Virus record (IMG/VR): IMGVR_UViG_3300020195_000009
Span: 124,001 to 188,000 of that record
DNA length: 64,000 nucleotides
Direction: 5' to 3' (one strand)
The notes beneath the pieces are model-generated. The model had not been told where the DNA came from. It made no database searches and saw only the letters and a program-made list of their open reading frames with translations. Below, piece after piece: positions 18,759 through 28,272 of this stretch. Made by a program: the position numbers and the translations under genes. Numbering within the stretch: the first letter of the stretch is position 1; each line of letters starts with the position of its first letter.

Positions 18759-19271
18759 TTACATAGAAGTCTGAATTCCCAAGAAGTTTCGATTACTTGT
18801 CTTGGGAATTTGAGCCACGAACCCGGTGAAAAAGGCGGGGGCTAGAGGGTGCCCGGATAGGGTCATCTCGTCCTCCTTCGTCCACAAACCACGAAGTGAT
18901 AGATAGAGTATGTCCTGGACTTGGTAGACGAGCGGGACGAGGGGTCCCCCAAGACGGGAGGCATACGTGTACTGCTCGTAGCTGCTCGTAGAGATGAGGC
19001 AGCCTCCCGAGAACATCGTGGCGTAGCGATAGTGGGGTTGCTGGCGGGTGATCGCCGTGAAGCGGTCCCCCTCTTCATCCGAGCCCCAAACAAGGAAACC
19101 CCCGTAGAGACCCTCTGAGTAGGTGACCAACCGTTCATCGCCCGTTGACCCTGCCCATTGAACACCTTGACCCCCAGGCCAACCACCCGTGACCATAGCT
19201 TGAGACACCGCCACGGTCTGAGTGTCGCCTTTGAAAAAAACGACGCAGTCTCGGGAGCGTAGGATCTCCAT
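18759..19271 (-). CDS. Decoration-like protein, tandem paralogue 3
   Basis: RSRDC...KGD...GGWPGGQGVQW...YSEGLYGGFLVWGSDE shared with the two upstream ORFs. Confidence 0.7.
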   Translation of the reverse strand: MEILRSRDCVVFFKGDTQTVAVSQAMVTGGWPGGQGVQWAGSTGDERLVTYSEGLYGGFLVWGSDEEGDRFTAITRQQPHYRYATMFSGGCLISTSSYEQYTYASRLGGPLVPLVYQVQDILYLSLRGLWTKEDEMTLSGHPLAPAFFTGFVAQIPKTSNRNFLGIQTSM

Positions 19272-19273
19272 GG

Positions 19274-19801
19274 TCAGATTGAGGTCTGGAGGGTGATGAA
19301 AAAGTTGTTGTCAGCCGACGGAGCCTGCACCACGCTCGCTACAAAGAAGTTGTTGGGGGCTCTAGGGTCGGCCGTGATCGTCCATTCGTCTTCGCGAGTG
19401 AAAAAACCTCGAAGGGAAAACACGACCCGTTCCCCAACGACGTAGTTGTTTTCGACGAGCGGCCCACCAAGCCTGGAGGCGTAAGTGTAACGCTCGAACG
19501 TTCTCGTAGAGATGAGCCAACCGCCAGCGCAAAGGGTTCCGAATCCGTAGAGGGGTTGATTGCCCGTGAGGGAGGCGAATTTGTCGGAGTCTTCATCAGA
19601 CCCCCAGAGAAGAAAGCCCCCATAGAGCCCATCGGAATACGTGACGATGAACTCATCCAAGGAGGAGTCGATCCACTTGACTCCTTGCCCACCTTGCCAA
19701 CCCCCAGTCTTCATCGCCTGGGATACAGCAACGGGGTACGCATCACCCTTGAAAAGGACGTAGCAGTCTCGCTCACGGGGGAAGCTTTTGATGAAGGCCA
19801 T
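19274..19801 (-). CDS. Decoration-like protein, tandem paralogue 2
   Basis: RERDC...KGDAYPV...GGWQGGQGV...YSDGLYGGFLLWGSDE. Confidence 0.7.
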   Translation of the reverse strand: MAFIKSFPRERDCYVLFKGDAYPVAVSQAMKTGGWQGGQGVKWIDSSLDEFIVTYSDGLYGGFLLWGSDEDSDKFASLTGNQPLYGFGTLCAGGWLISTRTFERYTYASRLGGPLVENNYVVGERVVFSLRGFFTREDEWTITADPRAPNNFFVASVVQAPSADNNFFITLQTSI

Positions 19802-20316
19802 CAGATGCTCACCTGAATTCCCATAAAGAATTCAGTCGAGGCGCTGGGGATCTGTGACACGAATCCGATGAAGTAGCTGTTGGAGCCTCTTGGGTCGCCT
19901 GAGAGCGTCCACTCATCTTCGCGGGTCCAGTAACCCCTTAAACTGAAAACGAGTCGATCACTTGGGGAGTAGACGATCTGAACTAGCGGGCCAGCTTGTC
20001 TGGAGGCGTAGGTGTACTTCTCGTAACTTCGAGTAGAGATATGCCAACCCCCGGCTCCACATGTGGCAAACCTGTAGAACGGTTGGCTTCGGGTTGTAGC
20101 AGTGAACTGATCCGCAGATTCATCCGAACCCCAAAGCATAAATCCTGCGTAGAAGCCGTCCGAGTAGGTGACGAGAAACTCGTCTTTCAGCGGGGGGGCC
20201 CATTGAACCCCTTGGCCCCCTTGCCACCCACCGACAGACATCGCCTCAGAGATCGTGACCGGATAGGCGTCTCCTTTCACGAGAATTATGCAATCTCGGC
20301 TCCTGGGGAGTTCCAT
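19801..20316 (-). CDS. Decoration-like protein, tandem paralogue 1
   Basis: RSRDC...KGDAYPV...GGWQGGQGVQW...YSDGFYAGFMLWGSDE. Confidence 0.7.
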   Translation of the reverse strand: MELPRSRDCIILVKGDAYPVTISEAMSVGGWQGGQGVQWAPPLKDEFLVTYSDGFYAGFMLWGSDESADQFTATTRSQPFYRFATCGAGGWHISTRSYEKYTYASRQAGPLVQIVYSPSDRLVFSLRGYWTREDEWTLSGDPRGSNSYFIGFVSQIPSASTEFFMGIQVSI

Positions 20317-20317
20317 C

Positions 20318-21388
20318 TCAAGCCGACTCCGTCTCCTGTTTGCGGCCCGGCATCTTGCTCCAAACCGTCACGACGGTCTTGAGTAGTTCGTTGTGAATGG
20401 GATCCCCATTGAGGAACTTCTCCCAACTACCCCCACTCTGACGGAAGACCGACCTCATCACTTTGAAGTCGGTCTCTTCTGTAACGGTATCTTCCGACAC
20501 CATGTGATCCACAAGTTGACGGATGACGCGATCCCCAAAATTCAAAGGAACCTCAGGCGGGCAATCGAAGGAAGCTGCCTTCTCGTTCAACTTCTCGATG
20601 ACCGAGCCGTCATGAAGGTAAGCTTCCTCCATGGAAGGCACGAGGTACTGACTACGAAGCGTAGACGCCTCGTGCCCTACCGCTTCGGCAGCCCCTTCGA
20701 TGGCCTTCTTGAACTCGGCCTTGAGGATCTTGTCCTTCTCTTTGCGACCGGCTGGAAGCTTCGGACCCCCTGACCGAATCTTCCTCAGGCGCTCTTGGAC
20801 CTCCGTGTTCGCGTGAAGACCCCGGATGTCCTTGGCCGTGATGTCGAAGTCGGTCAGGTAGGCGTTGACTTCTTTCGCTCCCACGCACCCATCATCGTGG
20901 GAGAAGATGCAGGTCTCGCCCCCCTCCACAGAGTCGTAGGCCTTGCGGAGCGCCTTGAGGATCTGGCCGTCCGAGACCTTTTTCTCGTGCTTGACTCCAG
21001 ACTTGCCAACGTACTTGACCGTTGCTGTCCCCTTGCCGAACGACAAGTGACGCTTCTGCCAGCCTGTCACCCCAAAGTGGCCCTCATCGGCGGACCCGTC
21101 GTTTCCGACTCGCTCGTAGGTGTGGTCAATCAAGGCAACCGCAAGAGCCGTCAGCTTGGTGGACAGGTCCTTGGAACCCATGTCGGATTTGACTTTAGTT
21201 CGGAGCTTCCCCATCGATTGACGAAGCTTCTCGACACGATTGGCCTTCTCGTTGTTGCGGTTCGCGATCTGACGATCGCTATACTCGTAGACCGTCATGT
21301 CCTCACCGGACTCGGTCTTGATCTTCTTCTTGGACTTGTACCTAGCCACAACGCGAAGGGCTATCGGGTCTAGCTGGGGAATCCTCAT
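20318..21388 (-). CDS. DNA topoisomerase IB (poxvirus/bacterial-type catalytic core)
   Basis: Full catalytic pentad: ERVGN (R), GKSG (K), AKDIR (R), VGH (H), RSQYL (Y). Confidence 0.88.
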   Translation of the reverse strand: MRIPQLDPIALRVVARYKSKKKIKTESGEDMTVYEYSDRQIANRNNEKANRVEKLRQSMGKLRTKVKSDMGSKDLSTKLTALAVALIDHTYERVGNDGSADEGHFGVTGWQKRHLSFGKGTATVKYVGKSGVKHEKKVSDGQILKALRKAYDSVEGGETCIFSHDDGCVGAKEVNAYLTDFDITAKDIRGLHANTEVQERLRKIRSGGPKLPAGRKEKDKILKAEFKKAIEGAAEAVGHEASTLRSQYLVPSMEEAYLHDGSVIEKLNEKAASFDCPPEVPLNFGDRVIRQLVDHMVSEDTVTEETDFKVMRSVFRQSGGSWEKFLNGDPIHNELLKTVVTVWSKMPGRKQETESA

Positions 21389-23394
21389 CGTGTTCTCCCC
21401 AAGGGCTTTACAAGACGATCCCGGTGGACCCCGTGTTGACGCATCCGAGCCATCTGGAAGTGCTGCAAGGACCTCGGCCCACCACTCTGCCGTGGGTCAT
21501 TAGGGTTCCTCGGGGCCGTGATCTTCATGGTGCTGATCCGCTCCATTGAGAGCCAAATGGCTCGAATGAGAGCGTCGGATACATCGTCATGAGCCCCGCT
21601 GATCTGCGGCGCCTCCACGACAATCTGGTTACGTGCCGTCTGCTTGGCTTGGAGGCTCAGCATCTCTTCAATGAGAGGAGAATGCTTGGATTGCGACTCA
21701 CCCACCTTGGGCAGCGGGTAGTCGTAGAGGATCACTCGCTTGTCGAAGATGAGAAGCTTCGCCGCCTGGAACATCCGGCTTGTCGCATCACGGTTGTAGA
21801 ACTCACTCTTGAACTGCTTTAGGCCCTTCTTGTGGAGGGCCTCCTCCAAAGGGAGCCCATTCCAACGATCGAACGATCCGGCTGTGATATAGAAACGTTT
21901 CGTGAGGAGAACGATCCACTTGGCGATCTCCTCGAAGTCCAAACGCTCCGCCATCTCCAGCGTCTTTGCGTAATCACATAGAGGGTTCGTGAGGTGCGGG
22001 TTGGACTCCTTCCACGGGACCCCGGCGTACCAAGCCTCGTGGTAATCAAGGATGATCTTCGGACCCTCGGTATGCGTAATCGCAATCGCGGTCCCGTCTC
22101 CTATGAGCCCAACGTCGATCCCCATTTGGTGAGGGAACCTAGGCGGGCCGTACGTTTTGGGCCGTAGGTCTGGGCGAACGCATTCGATGAGGTCGGTCTC
22201 TCGTTCAATCCAACCTCGAACACGATCGGAGAACAGAGCCCCATGCTCCGTCATGAAGACCGTCGGGTCCTCATGGTACTTCTCACGGTAGTAGCTCGTT
22301 GGGATGGTCGGGTTGACCTCCCACGTCGGAGCCTGAATGACGAGCATGTTCTCCGAGCCGGGACCCCGACTCATTCCAAGGTGGAACAGCTCGTAGAACT
22401 TACCAGCCTTGTTCAAGGGAGACGAAATGCAAATGACGCGGGCTTCGGACTGAGTCTCCGATCCGTGAATAGGGAGTCCCGTGTCGAGGTCCTTAGCGGA
22501 GAAGGCAGCCACGGACGGAGTGATAGCGTCGTAAATGTCCTTAGCGCTGGACTTACCTTTATCCTGAAAGTGGGCGATCTCGTCCAGGATGATGACGATG
22601 TTACCAGAGCCTCGAAGGCCCTTTGAAATGCTCGCCTTGAAGGTAACCCGGATACTCGCCTTACCGTTGAACGAGGTGAACTTTCCGTCCGTATGTCGGA
22701 CTGTAGGACCGTAACGCTCGATATCATAAGGGGTTCGGAGCTGAACGTAGGAGAGTGTGTTGTTGGCGATGTACGGTTGGAAGAACTCGCACTTCGCCAT
22801 GTGCGAAGTCACGTCATTAAAGAGAAGGCCTGCTTGGTCCTTATCGGTAGCGACCGAGATGATTTGAATGCGGTTGCCGTTTGGGAGCCCGTAGTACTCC
22901 TGGGGGTTACCAAGAGAGAGCAGGCGGTACAGCTCGTAGCTAGCGAAAACAGCGGACAATGTCGTCTTGCCAGCCCTCCTACCGATGGGAAGCGTGAGCT
23001 GACGACGAAGATGGTCTTGTTCCCCGATGTTGCAACGACCCTCGTTGTAGAGGTAGCTCAGGTACTCCTTCTCCGTGAAAGTGTAGAGCGTTTTTGTGTT
23101 GAACATGTCCGAGATCCGAATCCTTCGGGTCTCGTCTTCTGGAAGCTTATCGTCAAGAGGCAGGTGGTAGTACAGCTTCACGATGAAGCGTTGTACCGGG
23201 AACAACCTCATATTGAGGCCCCAGGCAGACTCAACGTAGTTTAGAACGTTGAAGATACGGGTGGTCCGGCCGCTAGATCCAACAGAGGCTAGATCCCCAT
23301 TACCCGACTGTTCATCAGAGATGACCCGAGCACGATGCCCGGCACTCCGAATCAGATGGGAAATGCTTGACGATGACTTTTGCTCCCGAGCCAC
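21385..23394 (-). CDS. terL: Terminase large subunit
   Basis: Walker A GRRAGKT, Walker B IIILDE, coupling motif ISSP, RNase H-like nuclease GIDVG...DGTA and HDDVSDA. Confidence 0.92.
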   Translation of the reverse strand: MAREQKSSSSISHLIRSAGHRARVISDEQSGNGDLASVGSSGRTTRIFNVLNYVESAWGLNMRLFPVQRFIVKLYYHLPLDDKLPEDETRRIRISDMFNTKTLYTFTEKEYLSYLYNEGRCNIGEQDHLRRQLTLPIGRRAGKTTLSAVFASYELYRLLSLGNPQEYYGLPNGNRIQIISVATDKDQAGLLFNDVTSHMAKCEFFQPYIANNTLSYVQLRTPYDIERYGPTVRHTDGKFTSFNGKASIRVTFKASISKGLRGSGNIVIILDEIAHFQDKGKSSAKDIYDAITPSVAAFSAKDLDTGLPIHGSETQSEARVICISSPLNKAGKFYELFHLGMSRGPGSENMLVIQAPTWEVNPTIPTSYYREKYHEDPTVFMTEHGALFSDRVRGWIERETDLIECVRPDLRPKTYGPPRFPHQMGIDVGLIGDGTAIAITHTEGPKIILDYHEAWYAGVPWKESNPHLTNPLCDYAKTLEMAERLDFEEIAKWIVLLTKRFYITAGSFDRWNGLPLEEALHKKGLKQFKSEFYNRDATSRMFQAAKLLIFDKRVILYDYPLPKVGESQSKHSPLIEEMLSLQAKQTARNQIVVEAPQISGAHDDVSDALIRAIWLSMERISTMKITAPRNPNDPRQSGGPRSLQHFQMARMRQHGVHRDRLVKPLGRTR

Positions 23395-23397
23395 GGA

Positions 23398-24006
23398 TCA
23401 CCTCAGAGCGTTCGTGGCTCGGTCCTCCCAGCCTTCCATCACCGAAGCAAATCGGTTGAAGAAGAGGTTCATCACTTCCTGAGGGAGAGTCTCTTGCGCA
23501 ACTTCACGCATGGTCTCCACCCAAAGGGTGAACAGCTTTTGCATCCGCTCGCTGCTCAAGTTGACGGAGGCCGAATCCAGCTCTTTGATCTTCAACTCGA
23601 TGTCAGCGATCTTCTTGAGGGCTTCGATGCGTCTGGTCGAGACCTGACCCGTTTCCTTTCCGCGCTTCGCAACTTCGAGGCGCTCGAAGTTGAGGCTAGC
23701 CGCTTCGGACGCGACCTCCTTCTTGATGAGGTAGAGGATTTCTAGGGGTGCCCCCTTAGCTTCGATCTTCTGTACAAGAGGGTCGGAGGCGATGAACTTC
23801 TGGCGCTCCCGGACCATCTCAGCATGGTATTCGAGGTCACTCGTTGTTGGCTTTCGCTCGATCTTACGGGGGCGACCTACCCCTCGCTTGACGCTGGCAA
23901 GTTGGTGACCCTCCGAAGTGTTCGGAGCATCCTGTTCCGGGAGGAGACGCAGGACTGCGTCGACACGCTCTTCTTCGGAGTTGGGGTTTGTTCCGTCCTT
24001 CTTCAT
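23398..24006 (-). CDS. Putative terminase small subunit
   Basis: Helical 202-aa ORF immediately upstream of terL; AT-hook-like KRGVGRPRK. Confidence 0.5.
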   Translation of the reverse strand: MKKDGTNPNSEEERVDAVLRLLPEQDAPNTSEGHQLASVKRGVGRPRKIERKPTTSDLEYHAEMVRERQKFIASDPLVQKIEAKGAPLEILYLIKKEVASEAASLNFERLEVAKRGKETGQVSTRRIEALKKIADIELKIKELDSASVNLSSERMQKLFTLWVETMREVAQETLPQEVMNLFFNRFASVMEGWEDRATNALR

Positions 24007-24013
24007 TGTATCC

Positions 24014-24403
24014 TCACTTCACAGGCTTGGTGCCGCCGCCCCCACCTGTCTCGATGAGATATTGGGAGAGGTTCTTCACTGTAGCATAGCCTTTGTCTTT
24101 GGGAATTTGCTTCTCAATGACTTTGGCAAGGTCTTTACCCGTCTCAGCCAAATTGCGAACACTCGTTTGATTCGGCTTGGGGACGAACACATCCTCAGGT
24201 CGGATGTCACGACGATTGGGTGAGACGGTTTCGTCGTGACCATCACCCATGGGCTTGCCGTGCTCTTTGAGGATCGAACGATCAATACCCTTGGGGCGGT
24301 TCACGGGCTTGACCATGTCCTTGTCCTTCTTCCGTTGACCAGGGGGTTGGTCACTTTGAAGGAATCTGGCAGCCACCCGGAGGATGAGAACATCGTCGAT
24401 CAT
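24014..24403 (-). CDS. Small basic protein with N-terminal LRVAARFL motif (putative internal head protein)
   Basis: 129 aa; motif shared with the topoisomerase and the 1310-aa protein. Confidence 0.6.
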   Translation of the reverse strand: MIDDVLILRVAARFLQSDQPPGQRKKDKDMVKPVNRPKGIDRSILKEHGKPMGDGHDETVSPNRRDIRPEDVFVPKPNQTSVRNLAETGKDLAKVIEKQIPKDKGYATVKNLSQYLIETGGGGGTKPVK

Positions 24404-26412
24404 AGGTCGATCTTGGCTCTCCCCAGCTCGACAGATACGGTAGCCGCCTTGGTGGGCTCCGGGTTCAAGTCGATGGTCATCGACTTCATCCCGAACTCCG
24501 CCACGATCGACTTGTTGTTGATCATGAGGTCGGCGAGAGACACCTCATTGGCCTTCCCCGAGTTCAGAATCTCTTGCTGTTGGGCCTTTTTGTCCGCGTA
24601 CGGAGGCTCGATGACGAGCGGCTTGGCATACTTGGAGCAGTGCCCTGGGCTCGTCTGGAGGACACAGCTCCCGCACTTGGATCCCATCTTGACGTAGGGG
24701 ACGAGACGGGAGCGGTGGAGACGGGCTCCTTCGTCGCAGCCCCTACCGTAGTCATCATAGACCGCTGCATTGACGTAGTAGATCCCCTGGAGCCCTTGCT
24801 CGGAAAGGAGCGGCTTCAACTCCGGCCCGGCCGCCACGATGTCTCGGGGATCGAACTGGCGCTTGAGGAGGGCCCCGAGCTGAGACCCGTAGAGGCCCTC
24901 GTTCAAGTACCGAGAGGCGGTCTTCACGATCTCACGCTTGGTGATACCAGCCGTAACGTGGCCGTGGCCCTGACCGTTGAATGCCTGCTCCAAGTAGGAA
25001 CGGACTGTAGTGGTTTCCTGCTTCCCAGCCTTGGATGCAACCCTGTAGATTGCCTTGAGAGCCTCTTTGGGAGTTGACCCCCAAGCCACCTTGTCCGAAC
25101 CCGTCTCCAGCTTACCAGCCAGACGATGCTCCCAGATGACGTTTTTGACGACATCTTCGGTGAAGGCCGCATCGGAAGTTGCCACGAGCGGGCGTCCGTA
25201 GAGGAGACATCGAGCCATCTTGTTGTAGATGCACCCGTTGCACTTACCTCCCGCTACGATCGATTTAACGGATGGGTTGTGCTTGGCGAGGAAGTCGGCT
25301 CCGACGTGGCAATCATCGAACGAAGTCTGTGTGGAGTAGACGGTCCCGTAGTAACCTGCCTCCTTGAAGAGAGGACCCCATGCTTCACGGGTGTTCTTCA
25401 GGTCCTCCGTGGTGAAGGACAGCTTGAGAGCTTGAATCAGCTCAGCTTCCCCTCGACCCTTGAGCATCTCTCGACGAAGGAGGTTAGCGACCTCGAAGCC
25501 CTTCTTGTCCTGGGATGTCTTGATCCCAGCGGTCTTTCCCTCCACGGGAGGCTGCCACGCCTGCTCTGCTTGGGTGAAGCTCTGAGCCTGGCTGTGAAGG
25601 ACCGGAAGGTGAACCTTCCCCGGAGCCTGATTGGCCCGGATGAACTGAGCAGGATTGACGATCGGCTTGGGGGTCTCGTGAGGCCCTGCGATCTTCCCAT
25701 CACCAGCCAAGAACGCCGCTTGGATTCGACCCTTGGCGTCCGTTGTGGACGCTTGGATCTGCTTCCCCTGAGAAGCTTGCGAACGCTCGACAGCATCGGC
25801 CAAGGCTGGCGTGTACGGAACTTCCAGGACAATCTGCTTTTGGAAGACGCCGCAGGTGCTCCCAGAGCTGTGGACGCACCCGGAGCACTGGTCCTTCGCT
25901 TCCACGAACTTCGCATCCGAAGCAAAGCGACGAACGAACGCTACGACCTTCTTGGATCCTTGAGCGCAATCGGTGAAGTCCGAGGCAGAGATGTAGTGTC
26001 GACCAAGAAGCCCACGCTCTTGAAGAAGAGCGGCGAGGACCGGCTTGGCGGCGAGGATGGTGTCCGAGTCGAACCGGGAGGTGAGGGCATGCTTTAGACG
26101 CCTCAGATCCGGCGACTGCATGAGGGCGTATCGAGCCACCCTAACCAATTGCTCGGTGGCTGCTGCTGCCTGCTTGGCATGAGCTTGGCTCAGGTCCGCC
26201 ATCGCGGGGACCTTGTCCTTGTTGGGAACCAGGTAGGCGCTTGCCGGCTTGTCCTTGTGATCCCACATGGCCTGAAGATCAGGTGCAATGTCGAGGTTTT
26301 GCTTCGGGAGCTTGTCCAGTTCTCGATACTGCGTCTCGTTGACGTCGAGCCAGTCGAGGTCGGCGACCGCGCCCTCTTTCAAGAAGTCCGAGATGTCGCC
26401 GAGATCAGCCAT
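24400..26412 (-). CDS. Protein with three internal Cys4 repeat domains
   Basis: Three ExG(L/Y)xGxxY...C..G...CxxC-x6-7-C...(K/R)x(I/L)V units. ATG 26412 (MADLGD) overlaps the upstream stop and is a likelier start than 26451. Confidence 0.7.
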   Translation of the reverse strand: MADLGDISDFLKEGAVADLDWLDVNETQYRELDKLPKQNLDIAPDLQAMWDHKDKPASAYLVPNKDKVPAMADLSQAHAKQAAAATEQLVRVARYALMQSPDLRRLKHALTSRFDSDTILAAKPVLAALLQERGLLGRHYISASDFTDCAQGSKKVVAFVRRFASDAKFVEAKDQCSGCVHSSGSTCGVFQKQIVLEVPYTPALADAVERSQASQGKQIQASTTDAKGRIQAAFLAGDGKIAGPHETPKPIVNPAQFIRANQAPGKVHLPVLHSQAQSFTQAEQAWQPPVEGKTAGIKTSQDKKGFEVANLLRREMLKGRGEAELIQALKLSFTTEDLKNTREAWGPLFKEAGYYGTVYSTQTSFDDCHVGADFLAKHNPSVKSIVAGGKCNGCIYNKMARCLLYGRPLVATSDAAFTEDVVKNVIWEHRLAGKLETGSDKVAWGSTPKEALKAIYRVASKAGKQETTTVRSYLEQAFNGQGHGHVTAGITKREIVKTASRYLNEGLYGSQLGALLKRQFDPRDIVAAGPELKPLLSEQGLQGIYYVNAAVYDDYGRGCDEGARLHRSRLVPYVKMGSKCGSCVLQTSPGHCSKYAKPLVIEPPYADKKAQQQEILNSGKANEVSLADLMINNKSIVAEFGMKSMTIDLNPEPTKAATVSVELGRAKIDL

Positions 26413-27982
26413 TGGAACCCGTCCTGTTTTCGTCTTCGTGTCGGAAGACATCTTGAATGTCGTTGCGGTAGTTGTGCGTGTTCCAGTCGTACTTCACGTA
26501 GGGAGCATCCTGGCGTTCCACCTTATGCCCTACGTCCATGACATCTCGGTCGTAGTTGTAAAGGGCGGGGGCTTGATCCCCAGGCATACGAGACTCACCC
26601 TCAAGGGCGGGCCTCCACGCCTGCCGAGCCCGAGCCCGAAGGTCATTTTCCGTGACGAAGCTACCAGGCCCCTCGGCTTCCAGCTTCGCTCCTCCAAACA
26701 TGTGTTCGTTGTTGTGGGCGGGCCGGGGCTTGAGCGGGGCATCAGGGCTTTGCGGTCCTGAACCAGGAAGCCCGGACTCCCCACGAAGATTCACGTTGAA
26801 TTGGTTTCCCTTGTTTCCCTCGAAGTAGTCCGACCTCGCTATGGGATCCGGGCCGTCAACGGGAAGCTGAGACTCCCCACACGCATGATCGCAAGCCCAA
26901 ACGTTGCGTTCAATTCCGTCCAAGTATGGCCCAGTGCCTTCTTCCGTGTCCCTCGTCGGAGCACCAGGGTTGTTGGGGAGACCGCTGGAGGGGCCAAACA
27001 CCCCACGACCATCAGGAGCTACCGTCCCGTAACCCTCAGACCCACGACCCTTGGCCCCGTAACCGATCCCAAAATCACGAGCTTCCGTCTCCGTAGGCTC
27101 GCTGTTGGCGTCAGGGACCGCAGACTCACCCCAAGTGACCTTCCCGGTCTTGTCGAGGACGTTGTTGGCCCAGTCGGACTCGTAGAGGTAGTCATCTCCT
27201 ACCCCTTCGGTCTGCCCCCATTCATCCTGCGTGAGAGGCTCGCCTTTGTTGTAGGAACCGTAAGGTCCCGTCTGCTCACCACGGTCAAGATGGTCAACAC
27301 GTGGCCCAGGGAGGGTCGTTACAGGAAGCGAGCTGTTGGCGTTGACGCTCCACTTGGAAGTGGCGGTTTTCTGAGGGATCTTACCGAAAGGTTTAGTCTC
27401 AGACGGGATATCCCCACCCTCAGGAACCTGAGAGGCTTCGTCCTTCTTGTTGGGGGTTCCGCCCGGACCATCGTTTTTCTTCTCGATTTGGTCGAGCTTC
27501 TTCTCCCCAAAGCCCTCAGGGTCCTCCAGAACCTCCTCAGCCTCGTCCATGAACTCCGTGACGTCTTCGGCATCGTTCTCCCCAAGATCAGCAAGCTTCG
27601 GCTGCCAGTAGGGGGCATTCATTTCATCATGAATCGTGTCCGTGATGGAGGAGAGAAGCTCGCAAGCTTGCTGGAGCTTTGCTCGCACATCCTTGACCTT
27701 GAGGACGTAGCCCCGACCCCCAAGCATCCCATCCGGGGAGATGCTTGAAGACTTGATTCGAGTAAACTCCTTGTAGGCCGTAACCGCATGCCCCAGTGAA
27801 ACGCTGGATGAGAACAACATCCGAGCCATCGGCTTGAGGGCCTTAGGGTCGAAGTCATGGTTCTTGGGGATGTTTCGCTGGAGAGTCCCATCCGTGACTC
27901 CCCCACCAAATGCCGGCGGCGGGGAGGGATCAAAACCCTCCTCCCTGGCGACAATCATGCGGACTTTTTGGTGTGCCTTCAC
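26405..27982 (-). CDS. Hypothetical protein with repeated GESx[LVM]P motifs
   Basis: 525 aa; helical N-terminus followed by a disordered acidic region with GESAVP, GESQLP, GESGLP and GESRMP; SD GGAGG. Confidence 0.65.
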   Translation of the reverse strand: MKAHQKVRMIVAREEGFDPSPPPAFGGGVTDGTLQRNIPKNHDFDPKALKPMARMLFSSSVSLGHAVTAYKEFTRIKSSSISPDGMLGGRGYVLKVKDVRAKLQQACELLSSITDTIHDEMNAPYWQPKLADLGENDAEDVTEFMDEAEEVLEDPEGFGEKKLDQIEKKNDGPGGTPNKKDEASQVPEGGDIPSETKPFGKIPQKTATSKWSVNANSSLPVTTLPGPRVDHLDRGEQTGPYGSYNKGEPLTQDEWGQTEGVGDDYLYESDWANNVLDKTGKVTWGESAVPDANSEPTETEARDFGIGYGAKGRGSEGYGTVAPDGRGVFGPSSGLPNNPGAPTRDTEEGTGPYLDGIERNVWACDHACGESQLPVDGPDPIARSDYFEGNKGNQFNVNLRGESGLPGSGPQSPDAPLKPRPAHNNEHMFGGAKLEAEGPGSFVTENDLRARARQAWRPALEGESRMPGDQAPALYNYDRDVMDVGHKVERQDAPYVKYDWNTHNYRNDIQDVFRHEDENRTGSNG

Positions 27983-27994
27983 GGGACCTCCGGC

Positions 27995-28264
27995 TCAGTA
28001 ACGAAGAGGCTTTCCGTTGTCGTCAAACTGACGCTCGATGACCATCGAGCCGTCCGCTTCACGTTTGATGGCCCACAGATCCTTCTCCGACTTGTGGATG
28101 AGGGTGTCGTTGCTCAGGCGGATGAAGTTGGAGAGATCCTGGAGGGAACCCACCTTGCGCCTCCCCGAGGGGGTGATCATCTGAGGCTCCCTTGCGAAGA
28201 AGGAGTCCAGGCCGTAGGAGCCTTGGACTTGGAACATGGAGCCGATGTCGAAATCTTTACTCAT
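27995..28264 (-). CDS. Hypothetical protein
   Basis: ATG 28264 (MSKDFDIG) with GAGGG SD and late motif 18 nt upstream; the track start is 28276. Confidence 0.6.
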   Translation of the reverse strand: MSKDFDIGSMFQVQGSYGLDSFFAREPQMITPSGRRKVGSLQDLSNFIRLSNDTLIHKSEKDLWAIKREADGSMVIERQFDDNGKPLRY

Positions 28265-28272
28265 CCTGACCC

